Positions 1 to 9,040 of a stretch of 64,000 bases of DNA are shown piece by piece. Made by a program: the position numbers and the translations under genes. The notes under the pieces were generated by a model that was not told the origin of the DNA, searched no databases, and saw only the letters and a program-made list of their open reading frames with translations. Source of the DNA: Dehalococcoidia bacterium (lineage in GTDB: Bacteria; Chloroflexota; Dehalococcoidia; Bin125); assembly GCA_963663235.2 (NCBI GenBank), contig CAXXNO010000011.1, positions 73,202 to 137,201 of the forward strand. Direction: 5' to 3'. The first letter of the stretch is position 1; each line of letters starts with the position of its first letter.

Positions 1-378
1 CACCCGCTGTTCCAGCGGGCCGCCTTCGGTCACGGCGGCGCGATGGTCCGCCGCGACGCGCCGCGCCACGCCGGCGGCGATCGCCTGGAGGTCGGCGCTT
101 CCGTGCTGGATTTCGCCCAGCAGGCGCGCTACGAGTCCCGACGAGTGATCCCGCTGACGCCGGACGCCGGCGGGCGTGGCCTGGTAGACCTGGTAGGGTC
201 GGCCGGTCGCCTGGCGGACCGGCTCACGGGTCTCCGCCAGCCCTTCCGCGGCCAGGCGGTCCAGGTGGCGCCGCACCGTCGCGTCGGCCAAGCCGACCGC
301 GGCGGAGAGTTCGCTGACGGAGGCGCCCCCCTTCTCGACAATGTGAGCCAGGATGGCGGTACGGGTGTTGGCGGTCAT
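1..378 (-). CDS. SufR/ArsR-like HTH transcriptional regulator (runs off the window edge)
   Basis: Manual translation from ATG at 378: MTANTRTAILAHIVEKGGASVSELSAAVGLADATVRRHLDRLAAEGLAETREPVRQATGRPYQVYQAT; winged HTH with the GRP..Y motif of SufR-type regulators. Absent from the ORF track because it has no stop in the window. Confidence 0.8.
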   Translation of the reverse strand, partial: MTANTRTAILAHIVEKGGASVSELSAAVGLADATVRRHLDRLAAEGLAETREPVRQATGRPYQVYQATPAGVRRQRDHSSGLVARLLGEIQHGSADLQAIAAGVARRVAADHRAAVTEGGPLEQRV

Positions 379-438
379 CGTCTGTCTCCACGCCCTTTCG
401 CCCGGACGGCGCTTCACCGCCAGTATGCCGCCAACCCG

Positions 439-474
439 TGCTTTTCGTCAAATATTGCGGAAAAGCATAGTATG
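439..474 (-). promoter_or_regulatory. Imperfect palindrome (candidate autoregulatory operator) plus -10-like CATACT
   Basis: TGCTTTTCGTCA-AATAT-TGCGGAAAAGCA at 439-467, AT-rich, upstream of the regulator; CATACT on the minus strand at 469-474. Confidence 0.55.
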
Positions 475-529
475 CCCGGACGCAACGACGGACGAGCAGC
501 GGAGAGCGAGGCCGTTCCGGAGGAGGCGG

Positions 530-1330
530 CTAGGCCCCGCGATCGAGGCTGATGGTCAGCCCGTCACGGGCGATGTCCAGCGGCCCCTTGAAGAGGGCGT
601 TTGCCTCCTCCTCGACGGCCTGGAGGTCGCTGTCGTACCAGAAATGCGTCAGGAGGAGCCGTTTGGCATGCGCGTTGCGCGCCATCGTCGCCGCCTCAGA
701 GGGCGTGCAGTGGCCGGGCCGTGGGCCACCCTCCGGCTCCCGGAGGGTGGCCTCGCAGATGAAGAGGTCCGCTTCGTTCGCCAGCCTCGTCACCGCCGCC
801 GACGGCCCGGTGTCGCCGGAATACACGACGCTCGCGCTGCCATCGATGCGCACGGCGTAGGCGAGGATGTAGTGGCGGGCCGCCGCGAAACGGACCGTCA
901 GCGGGCCGAGAGTCAGGCTACGGTCCGGGTCGTATTCCCGGAGGCGGAAGGTATTGCTGAGGAAGTCGGACGGAAACGACACGGCGTCCAGGATGTCGGC
1001 GAGTCGCTCGACGCCGCCGGGCGGGAGATGGAGCGTGACCCGACGCTCACGCGGGCCAGCAAGCCGGCGGCTCACGCGGAAGCGCAGCGGCAAGACATCG
1101 ACGAAGTGGTCGGGATGCATGTGGCTGATGAAGACATGATCAAGGTGAAACGCGGGTTGCGCTTCCTGCAGGGTGGGCACGACGCCGGGGCCGCAATCCA
1201 GGAGGATCGCTTGGCCTTGGTCCTCGACGAGAAACCCGGAACTGTTCTGTCCGGCCGGGGGACAGGCGGCCCCGCTGCCGAGGACGGTGACGCGCATGGG
1301 ACTGGACTGCGTTGGGGACGGGTCGGTCAT
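530..1330 (-). CDS. MBL-fold metallo-hydrolase (RNase Z/BN-like)
   Basis: VTVLGSG N-terminus, LLDCG, SHMHPDH (HxHxDH), YSGDT, CEAT, LTHF motifs. Confidence 0.9.
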   Translation of the reverse strand: MTDPSPTQSSPMRVTVLGSGAACPPAGQNSSGFLVEDQGQAILLDCGPGVVPTLQEAQPAFHLDHVFISHMHPDHFVDVLPLRFRVSRRLAGPRERRVTLHLPPGGVERLADILDAVSFPSDFLSNTFRLREYDPDRSLTLGPLTVRFAAARHYILAYAVRIDGSASVVYSGDTGPSAAVTRLANEADLFICEATLREPEGGPRPGHCTPSEAATMARNAHAKRLLLTHFWYDSDLQAVEEEANALFKGPLDIARDGLTISLDRGA

Positions 1331-1455
1331 GTGATATCGAGCGTCCAGGGGCGGAGTGTAGGCAGCGCTCGATCGGGGCGTCTATCAAACTCGGCACATC
1401 GAGCGGGTCCGGCGGTGCGGCCGGCCGGGGCCAAACCGTGGCACAATCAGCGCCG

Positions 1456-1890
1456 ATGAGCGTGACCTTCCACGATCTCCGCGCGGCACGAGCGGCCAGC
1501 GGTGGGCGGGCGCTGAAGAGCGCGCGACCGACGATCCGCATCGTTGAGGTGCAGGCGGCGGCGGGATCCGTCGCTGGCGAGATCTTGATGAGCGGTCCGC
1601 CCCGGGCGCGCACGGAGATCGGCACAGAGGAGGCCACGGAGGTCCGGCCCGTCACTCTGCCGCCGTACCGCCTCGTCCTCCACAACGACGAGGTCAACAC
1701 GATGGACTACGTGGTGCATTCGTTGCTGGTCTGCGTGCCCGAGCTCGACACGGAGGGGGCTACGGCCGTCATGCTGGAGGCGCATCACGCTGGCAAGGCG
1801 CTGGTAATCGTCTGTCCGCTGGAGCGCTGCGAGCTGTACCGCGACCGGCTCAAGCGTCGCGGCCTGACGGCGACTGTGGAGCGCGCCTGA
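1456..1890 (+). CDS. clpS: ATP-dependent Clp protease adaptor ClpS
   Basis: YRLVLHNDEVNTMDYVV...AVMLEAHHAGKALV motif; start uncertain (1456 follows a TGgCACAAT -10; 1588 is an alternative). Confidence 0.88.
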   Translation: MSVTFHDLRAARAASGGRALKSARPTIRIVEVQAAAGSVAGEILMSGPPRARTEIGTEEATEVRPVTLPPYRLVLHNDEVNTMDYVVHSLLVCVPELDTEGATAVMLEAHHAGKALVIVCPLERCELYRDRLKRRGLTATVERA

Positions 1891-1926
1891 ACCGAACGAC
1901 AACGGGCTGCGTGGTAGAATGACCCG

Positions 1927-2622
1927 GTGATGGTAGCGATCACGCCGACGACAGAGGACTACCTGCAAGCGATCGAGGCGCTGATCTCCGAGGGGCAGCC
2001 GGTGATCGGCGCCCGTCTGGCGGAACGACTGAAGGTCACGCCGGCATCCGTGTCGCAGACGATCGACCGGATGGCGCGCCTCAACCTGGTCGAGTTCGGG
2101 CCGGGACATCGCATCAACCTCACGGAGAGCGGGCGCAAGGCCGCGGATTCCATCGTGCGCCGCCACCGTCTCACCGAGCGCTTCCTGACCGACGTGCTCA
2201 AGCTGGGGTGGGTGGAGGCCCACGAGGAGGCGCACCGCTTGGAGCACGGCATCAGCGATCTCGTGGAAGGCCGGATCTCCGAACTGCTGGGGCATCCCCA
2301 GACCTGCCCCCACGGCGGTCCCATCCCGGGGAACTTCCCTGAGGGGGGCGACAGTGATTGGGCTCCCATCGGTTCACTGAAGGTCGGCGCCACGGCCAGG
2401 ATCACGCGCATCGCCGACGTGATCGAAGACGACACGGACCTCCTGCGCTACTGCGACGAGAAGGACCTGCGTCCCGGCATGGCCGTGCGTGTGGCGGAGC
2501 AGGGGCCGGAGGGTGTCTTGTTAGTCGACGTGGAGGGGCAGACCGTCGCCTTGAGTGGGCAGTTGACTCGACACATCCTCTGCCGACCGGATGGTGCGCT
2601 CTCCGCCGCGTCCCACGCGTGA
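1927..2622 (+). CDS. DtxR/MntR family metal-dependent repressor with C-terminal FeoA-like domain
   Basis: TEDYLQAI, RRHRLTERFL, HEEAHRLEH, CPHGGPIP motifs. Confidence 0.92.
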   Translation: MMVAITPTTEDYLQAIEALISEGQPVIGARLAERLKVTPASVSQTIDRMARLNLVEFGPGHRINLTESGRKAADSIVRRHRLTERFLTDVLKLGWVEAHEEAHRLEHGISDLVEGRISELLGHPQTCPHGGPIPGNFPEGGDSDWAPIGSLKVGATARITRIADVIEDDTDLLRYCDEKDLRPGMAVRVAEQGPEGVLLVDVEGQTVALSGQLTRHILCRPDGALSAASHA

Positions 2623-2674
2623 GATGACCTGTCCCAACGACCAGCCGAAACGGCCCCCCCGATGGTCACGCGCC

Positions 2675-3436
2675 GTGCCTGATCGGGAACGCGAGCTCCA
2701 TGGGCGGGTTGCGCTGGTGACCGGCGGCTCGCGCGGGATCGGCCGGGCGATCGCCCTGGAGCTGGCGGCGCTGGGTGCGGACGTCGCGATCAGTTACGTG
2801 TCCCAGCCGGAAGGCGCGGAAGAGACCGCCCGTCTGGTGCGCGAGACGGGACGGCGGTGCCACGTGGTCGCCTGCAACGTGGACGACGCCGACGCCGTCA
2901 CCGCGATGGTGAAGAGCGCCGGCGACGAACTGGGGGCGCCCGACATCCTGGTGAACAACGCGGGGATCACGCGTGACACGCTGGTGATGCGCATGAGCGA
3001 GGCGGACTGGGACGCCGTGATAACCACCGATCTGCGCGGCGCATTCCTCTGCACGCGGGCCTGCCTGCGCGGCATGATGCGGAATCGTTGGGGGCGGATC
3101 GTCAATATCGGGTCGGTGATTGGGAGCATGGGCGGTCCCGGCCAGGCCAACTACGCCGCCGCCAAGGCCGGGCTGGCGGGGTTCACCAAGGCGGTGGCGC
3201 GGGAAGTGGGGAGTCGGAACATCACGGCCAATCTCGTGGCGCCGGGGTTCATCCGCACCGATATCACGGCCGATCTGCCGCCGGAGTTGGCGGAGCGGGT
3301 GCAGGCCCAAATCGCGCTCCAGCGGCTGGGCGATCCCGAGGACGTGGCCCCCCTTGTGGCCTTTCTCACAACCGAGCGGGCCCGCTACGTGACAGGGCAA
3401 GTGATCCACGTCGATGGCGGCCTCGTGATGAATTGA
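2675..3436 (+). CDS. fabG: 3-oxoacyl-ACP reductase
   Basis: TGGSRGIG, NNAGITRD, YAAAKAG; in fab cluster; start uncertain (2624 or 2675). Confidence 0.93.
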   Translation: MPDRERELHGRVALVTGGSRGIGRAIALELAALGADVAISYVSQPEGAEETARLVRETGRRCHVVACNVDDADAVTAMVKSAGDELGAPDILVNNAGITRDTLVMRMSEADWDAVITTDLRGAFLCTRACLRGMMRNRWGRIVNIGSVIGSMGGPGQANYAAAKAGLAGFTKAVAREVGSRNITANLVAPGFIRTDITADLPPELAERVQAQIALQRLGDPEDVAPLVAFLTTERARYVTGQVIHVDGGLVMN

Positions 3437-3541
3437 ACGCATGACCTAGGGGTTGCCCTTGATTGCTGGGGCGATCGCCGCCGTGATATCGTGCGCCCAA
3501 GCATCATGGCGGGGGCCGCCTCGCTTCCGGCTCGAACGGAC

Positions 3542-4540
3542 ATGGTGACTATTTCAACGCGTGAACGGCGAGAGCCCGGCTTCGCGGTCGTCTTTCCCGG
3601 CCAGGGGTCCCAGTCGCGGGGAATGGCCGGGAAGGTGCTGCGCGTCTACCCCGAGGCGCGGGAGCGCTTTGAGCGCGCCTCCCAGATGCTCGATTACGAC
3701 CTGCTGCACCTGATTGAGCAAGGACCGGAAAAGGTCCTGGGCGACACCCTCCACTCGCAGCCGGCGATCTATACCGCCAGCATCGCCTGGTTCGACGCCT
3801 GGCGCGCCAAATGGGCGAGTGCGGGCCGCGATCTGCGGCCCGTGGCGATGGCCGGGCACAGCATGGGTCAGATCACCGCGATGGTGGCGGCGGGGGCGCT
3901 GGACTTCGAGCGTGGGCTGACCCTCGTGAGCGAGCGGGGCCGGATCATGCAGGAGGCCGGACTCGCCCGGCCGGGCGGCATGGCGTCCATCATCGGGCTG
4001 CGCGACCGCCTGGTGCGGGCGATCGTCGGCGAGGCCTGTACCGAGGGCACCTTGGTGGTGGCCAACGACAACGGCCCCGGCCACACGGTGGTATCCGGCG
4101 ACGAGAGCGCGGTGCGGAAGGTGCTGCGCATCGCGGAAGACATGGGAGCGAAGCGCGCCGTGCGCTTGCCGATCTCGATCGCGTCGCATTCGCCGCTGAT
4201 GCAGAACGCCCAGCGCGAGTTCGGCGCCGTGGTGGATCGCATGCCCTGGCGTGACCCCGAAGTGAGCATCACCAGCAATATCGATGCCGCTCTGCTGCAA
4301 ACACGCGAGGCGATGGTTAAGGAGTTGCACGAATCCCTCTTGGCGCCGGTGCGTTGGGACGCTGCCGTGAAGGCGATGGCCGGCCAGGGCGCGGAGCTCT
4401 TCGTCGAGGCCGGACCCGGGGACGTCCTCTCCAAGCTGGTGCGGCGGATCTCGCGCAAGGCGTGGACCTTCCCCGTCTCCGACGACGAGGACGGCTTGGC
4501 GCGGCGCGACTACCCGGCAATGACCGGCATTCCTAAGTGA
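3542..4540 (+). CDS. fabD: Malonyl-CoA:ACP transacylase
   Basis: FPGQGSQ, GHSMG nucleophile, ASHSPLM, FVEAGPG. Confidence 0.93.
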   Translation: MVTISTRERREPGFAVVFPGQGSQSRGMAGKVLRVYPEARERFERASQMLDYDLLHLIEQGPEKVLGDTLHSQPAIYTASIAWFDAWRAKWASAGRDLRPVAMAGHSMGQITAMVAAGALDFERGLTLVSERGRIMQEAGLARPGGMASIIGLRDRLVRAIVGEACTEGTLVVANDNGPGHTVVSGDESAVRKVLRIAEDMGAKRAVRLPISIASHSPLMQNAQREFGAVVDRMPWRDPEVSITSNIDAALLQTREAMVKELHESLLAPVRWDAAVKAMAGQGAELFVEAGPGDVLSKLVRRISRKAWTFPVSDDEDGLARRDYPAMTGIPK

Positions 4541-5796
4541 CGAAAGGGCCCACCGTGACCCGGCGCGTCGTCGTCACGGGCCTTGGCGCCGTTTGCGCCG
4601 TGGGGAACGACCTGCCCACGACATGGGACAACCTGGTGGCCGGCGTATCGGGTGTCGCGCCGATCACCCGCTACGACGCGAGCCCCTTCAAGGTTGGCGT
4701 AGCGGCCGAGGTCAAGGAGTTCGATGCCAGCAAGCACATCGACGCCAAGACGCTCAAGCACATGGATCGCAACGTTGAGTACGGCGTCGTCTCGTCGCTC
4801 GAAGCGGTGTCGGACGCCGGTCTGGAGATCACAGAGGACAACCGAGACCGCGTGGGCGTGATCTTTGGATCCGGAGGTGGCGGCCTGGAAACAGCGTTCC
4901 GCTGGTACGATGTCGTCAAAGAGCGGGGCGTGCGCCGCGTATCTCCCTTCGCCATGCCCAACTTCATCGTCGATGCGGCCAGCGCGCACGTCGCCATCCA
5001 GACCGGCGCGGCTGGCCCCAACTACTCGCCGACCAGCGCCTGCGCCACCGGCACCAATGCCGTGGGCGAAGGCTTCGCGACGATCAAGCTGGGCCGGGCG
5101 GAGGCGATGATCGTCGGAGGTTCAGAGGCGGTGCTGTTGCCTTTCCTCCATGCCTGCTTCGAGATGATGGGCGTGGTGGCGCCGGAGACGGAGCCGCGCA
5201 ACGCGGGCTGCCGCCCCTTCGATCTGCATCGCAACGGCTTCGTCCCTGGGGAAGGCGCCTGCTCGCTCATCTTGGAAGAGTTGGAGCACGCCCAGGCGCG
5301 GGGCGCGGAGATCTACGCCGAGGTCATCGGCTTCGGCAGCAGCAATGATGCCTACGACATGGTGGCGTCCGACGCCACCGGCCGTGGCTTGGTCAACGCG
5401 CTGCGCCAGGCGATGGATGAGGCCTGCCTGCCCGTGGGCGACGTGGGCTACGTCAACACGCACGGGACCGCGACACAGCTCAACGACCGCGTGGAGACGC
5501 TGGCGATCAAGCAGGTGTTCGGAGACCACGCGCGCAACATCCTGGTCTCGTCGATCAAGCCGGCCACCGGGCACATGATGAGCGCCAGCGGCGCGCTGGA
5601 GTGCGCGGTCACCGTCCTGGCGCTGCATCATGGGGTGATTCCGCCCACCTTGAACTACGAAACGCCCGACCCCGACTGCGACCTGGATTGCGTCCCCAAC
5701 ACCGCGCGCGAGGTCAACCTGACCGCCGCGCTCTCCACTTCCGTGGGGCTGGGGGGGCACAACGCCGCGGTTCTTTTCCACCGCTGGGTAGGGTGA
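4537..5796 (+). CDS. fabF: Beta-ketoacyl-ACP synthase II (copy 1)
   Basis: VVVTGLG, SACAT (Cys), NTHGT and TGHMM (His-His). Confidence 0.92.
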   Translation: MTKGPTVTRRVVVTGLGAVCAVGNDLPTTWDNLVAGVSGVAPITRYDASPFKVGVAAEVKEFDASKHIDAKTLKHMDRNVEYGVVSSLEAVSDAGLEITEDNRDRVGVIFGSGGGGLETAFRWYDVVKERGVRRVSPFAMPNFIVDAASAHVAIQTGAAGPNYSPTSACATGTNAVGEGFATIKLGRAEAMIVGGSEAVLLPFLHACFEMMGVVAPETEPRNAGCRPFDLHRNGFVPGEGACSLILEELEHAQARGAEIYAEVIGFGSSNDAYDMVASDATGRGLVNALRQAMDEACLPVGDVGYVNTHGTATQLNDRVETLAIKQVFGDHARNILVSSIKPATGHMMSASGALECAVTVLALHHGVIPPTLNYETPDPDCDLDCVPNTAREVNLTAALSTSVGLGGHNAAVLFHRWVG

Positions 5797-7052
5797 GCGA
5801 TCTGGACCGGACAGCGCCGCGCGTCGTAATCACGGGCATCGGGCCGGTGACCCCGATCGGAACCGGCGTCGACGAGTTCAGCGACAGCCTGTGCCGCGGC
5901 CGGTCCGGTGTGCGGCCGATCACCAGCTTCGATACCCAGGCGTTGAAGGTGCGCATCTCGGCCGACGTGCCGGACTTTGCCCCCGAGCGGTACATGACCG
6001 CCAAGGCCGCCAAGCGGATGGCCCGTTTCGCGCAGATGGGGGTGGGGGCGGCGCGGCTGGCGGTGGAGGATTCCGGGCTGGACTTGTCGGCCGTGGACCG
6101 CAATCGTGTTGGGGCGATCATCAACACCGGCGGAGGCGGAGTCACGACGATTAGCGACGAGACGCTGGTGCTGGCCAACCGCGGCCCGGGGCGGGTCAGC
6201 GCCTTGTTCGTCTCGGCGATGGCGCCGAACATGGCCGCCTGCCAAGTCTCGATGGAACTGGAGATCACCGGCCCGGTGATCTCGTCGGTGGCCGCCTGCG
6301 CCAGCTCGATCTACGCTTTCATGGATGCCGTTCACCTCATCCAGCGGGGCGAGGCGGACATCGTGTTGGCCGGCGGGGCCGAGGCCAGTATTTCGGCGTT
6401 AGCGATCAGCGCGCTAGCGAACATGCACGCGCTCTCGCGTCGCAACGAGGATCCGGAACGGGCGTCGCGCCCCTTCGACAAAGATCGTGACGGCTTCGTC
6501 ATTGCGGAGGGCGCGGCCGTGTGCGTGCTGGAGCCGCTGGAGGCCGCGCGCGCCCGCGGCGCGCGCATCTACGCCGAGGTGCTCGGCGGGGGGCGGACCG
6601 CCGACGCCTATCACGTCAGCGCCCCCGAGCCGACGGGCAGCGGCGCCGCTCGCGCCATGCAGCGCGCCCTGGAGGCCTGTGCGCTGGAGCCCGCCGACGT
6701 CGATTACATCTGCGCACATGGGACCGGCACGCCGCTCAACGACGCCGCCGAAACGCGCGCCATCAAGCAGGTCTTCGGCGCGCATGCCTACGGATTGGCC
6801 GTGAGCTCGCCCAAAAGCCTCACCGGCCACCTCATGGGGGCGGCCGGCGCGCTGTCCGTGGCCGCCACCGCGCTGGCGATCCGGCGCCAGGAACTGCCGC
6901 CGACGATCAATCTTGACACCCCTGATCCCGAATGCGATCTTGACTACGTTCCGCACCGGAGCCGCAAGGCGCGCATTCAGGTGGCGATTGCGAACGGGTT
7001 CGGCTTTGGCGGACAGAACGCCGTCGTAGCGCTGGCGAAGGTCGATGAGTGA
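5793..7052 (+). CDS. fabF: Beta-ketoacyl-ACP synthase II (copy 2)
   Basis: GTG start overlaps the previous stop; VVITGIG, AACAS, CAHGTGT, TGHLMG, NGFGFGGQN. Confidence 0.92.
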   Translation: MSDLDRTAPRVVITGIGPVTPIGTGVDEFSDSLCRGRSGVRPITSFDTQALKVRISADVPDFAPERYMTAKAAKRMARFAQMGVGAARLAVEDSGLDLSAVDRNRVGAIINTGGGGVTTISDETLVLANRGPGRVSALFVSAMAPNMAACQVSMELEITGPVISSVAACASSIYAFMDAVHLIQRGEADIVLAGGAEASISALAISALANMHALSRRNEDPERASRPFDKDRDGFVIAEGAAVCVLEPLEAARARGARIYAEVLGGGRTADAYHVSAPEPTGSGAARAMQRALEACALEPADVDYICAHGTGTPLNDAAETRAIKQVFGAHAYGLAVSSPKSLTGHLMGAAGALSVAATALAIRRQELPPTINLDTPDPECDLDYVPHRSRKARIQVAIANGFGFGGQNAVVALAKVDE

Positions 7053-7121
7053 GCAGAGCGGGCACGGCGCGGTCCTGCAGGACGCCGCGGGGCAACCGCC
7101 GGGCGTGCGGGAGCGCAACCG

Positions 7122-7376
7122 GTGAGCACCATCCTGGAGCGGTTGTCCGAGATCATCGCCGAGCAGTTGCGCGTCGACGTGAGCAAGGTCCGGCAGGACG
7201 CCCACCTCGTCGATGACCTGGGGGCGGACTCGCTGGACGTGGTGGATCTCTCCATTGCCTTGGAAGAGGAATTCGGCGGCGGCGAGCACCCGTTCGAGAT
7301 CACGGAGGAGGTCGCCGCCGCGATGCGAACGGTCCAGGACATCTTGGACTTCCTGGCGCGCCACGACATCTCCTAG
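7122..7376 (+). CDS. acpP: Acyl carrier protein
   Basis: DDLGADSLDVV phosphopantetheine site. Confidence 0.93.
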   Translation: MSTILERLSEIIAEQLRVDVSKVRQDAHLVDDLGADSLDVVDLSIALEEEFGGGEHPFEITEEVAAAMRTVQDILDFLARHDIS

Positions 7377-7390
7377 ATCGCCTGCGTCTT

Positions 7391-7708
7391 ATGCCCTTGC
7401 AGCGAATCCGTGCAACGCCGGCCGGCCAGCCGACGGGCCTGCCCAGCGCGCTCCGCGCGCAGGGGCTGCGGCTGGCGCCGGGGCGAACCCTCTTGAACCG
7501 GCGCGCGGACGGCACGGCGGCGTTGATTGTGGTGAGCGGGCGGCTGCTGGTCGGCGTCCCCGACGACGACGCCTGCCTCCAGCCGGGCGAAGGCGTTCTG
7601 TTGCCGGACGGTACGGGCTACTCCCTGCGGACGGAGGAGGACGTGGTGGCGGTGCTGTTCAAGCTGTCGGCAGAGGGCGGGCGGACGGAGAACGGCGAGT
7701 CCGCGTAG
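7391..7708 (+). CDS. Small cupin-like protein
   Basis: LIVVSGRLLV...LQPGEGVLLPDG beta-barrel pattern; metal His residues not evident. Confidence 0.55.
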   Translation: MPLQRIRATPAGQPTGLPSALRAQGLRLAPGRTLLNRRADGTAALIVVSGRLLVGVPDDDACLQPGEGVLLPDGTGYSLRTEEDVVAVLFKLSAEGGRTENGESA

Positions 7709-7721
7709 GAAGAGCGGGCGC

Positions 7722-8645
7722 TCAGTCCATTGAGACGAGCACCTTGTCCGGCCGCCAGAGATCGCTTGGCGGTTCGGCGGCGGCCAGCACGGCTACCAAG
7801 CGACCGCGGGTATCGGTGGCGAGAAGGTGCGGGCGGTCGCTGCGACCCGGCTGCAGGCGCAGCGACCGCCCGTGCAGCACCCGGATTAACTGATCATCGG
7901 GGAGCGTCACGCGGTCCCAGTCGCCAAAGAAGCGCTCAAGCGGGGCGGCAAGATCCCAGCCGCGGCCGTCCGCGAAGGCTTCCGCGAGCGCGTCTGGCGA
8001 TTGCGCTTCCTCGGCGCGCACGCTGCCGATGGCCGTCCGACGCATCTCGATCAAGTGCGCGCCGCAGCCTAAGGCCTCCCCCAGATCGCGGGCGATGGCG
8101 CGCACGTAGGTGCCGGTGCTGCAGCGGACCGAGAGCCGGAGCAGGGGACTGCTCCAGTCTTCGAGGTCGAGCGCATGGATCGTGGTCATCCGGGGCTTCA
8201 GGGAGAGCGGCTCGCCCCGTCGCGCGGCGCGATGCGCGGTGACCCCGCCGACCTTCACGGCGCTGTAGGTGGGGGGAACCTGCGAGATGGCGCCCCGAAA
8301 GCGATCGGCGAGCGCATCGATCTCCTCGATACGCAGCGCCGGGACGGTCCGCTCCGCGATCACCGCGCCCATGGCGTCATCCGTGTCCGTCCGGATGCCC
8401 AGACGCAGAGTCGCGCGGTAGCACTTGTCATAACCAGAGAGGTATTCGATGAGGCGGGTCGCTGGGCCCACGAAGACGGGGAGCAAGCCGGTGGCTAATG
8501 GGTCCAGCGTGCCGGCATGGCCGGTCCGGCGGACGCCCGTCCAGTGCCGAACTTGTAGGACGATGTCGTGCGAGGTGGGACCGCTCGGCTTGTCGATAAG
8601 GAACAGCGCCGTTCGGCGGCCTGCGGCCGTTGTGGCTCCCATCAC
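7722..8645 (-). CDS. truB: tRNA pseudouridine(55) synthase
   Basis: DKPSGPTSHD, GHAGTLDPLATG, CSTGTYVR. Confidence 0.96.
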   Translation of the reverse strand: MMGATTAAGRRTALFLIDKPSGPTSHDIVLQVRHWTGVRRTGHAGTLDPLATGLLPVFVGPATRLIEYLSGYDKCYRATLRLGIRTDTDDAMGAVIAERTVPALRIEEIDALADRFRGAISQVPPTYSAVKVGGVTAHRAARRGEPLSLKPRMTTIHALDLEDWSSPLLRLSVRCSTGTYVRAIARDLGEALGCGAHLIEMRRTAIGSVRAEEAQSPDALAEAFADGRGWDLAAPLERFFGDWDRVTLPDDQLIRVLHGRSLRLQPGRSDRPHLLATDTRGRLVAVLAAAEPPSDLWRPDKVLVSMD

Positions 8646-9037
8646 TCGGTCGCGGGAGCGGTCGGGGCGCCCGGGGCGCCGGCCGTCCCGTCTTCCACGG
8701 CGACGCGGTCCATGAAGCTGAGCATCGCCTGGTCCCGCTCCAGGCGGTCATCGAGCTCGAAGCGGAGTTCCGGGATGCTTTTCATCGCGAGACGCGGTTT
8801 CAGCAGCCGCCGGATGAAGGGCTGGCCGTGATTCAGTGCGGCGATCGCCCCCGACCGCTCCTCCGCTGACCCCAGGACGGAGACCTGCACGCGCGCATGG
8901 CGGAGGTCCGGAGAGACGCGCACTTCGGTGATGGAGAGCATCTCCAGGTCCAGCCGGGGATCCTTCAGCTCCCGCGTGACGATCTCCGCCACGACCTCGC
9001 GCAGGAGCTCGTTGACGCGTTCGCGTCGACGAGCCAT
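8642..9037 (-). CDS. rbfA: Ribosome-binding factor A
   Basis: RRERVNELLR, KDPRL, ITEVRVSPDL, IPELRF; follows infB. Confidence 0.95.
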   Translation of the reverse strand: MARRRERVNELLREVVAEIVTRELKDPRLDLEMLSITEVRVSPDLRHARVQVSVLGSAEERSGAIAALNHGQPFIRRLLKPRLAMKSIPELRFELDDRLERDQAMLSFMDRVAVEDGTAGAPGAPTAPATE

Positions 9038-9040
9038 GGC

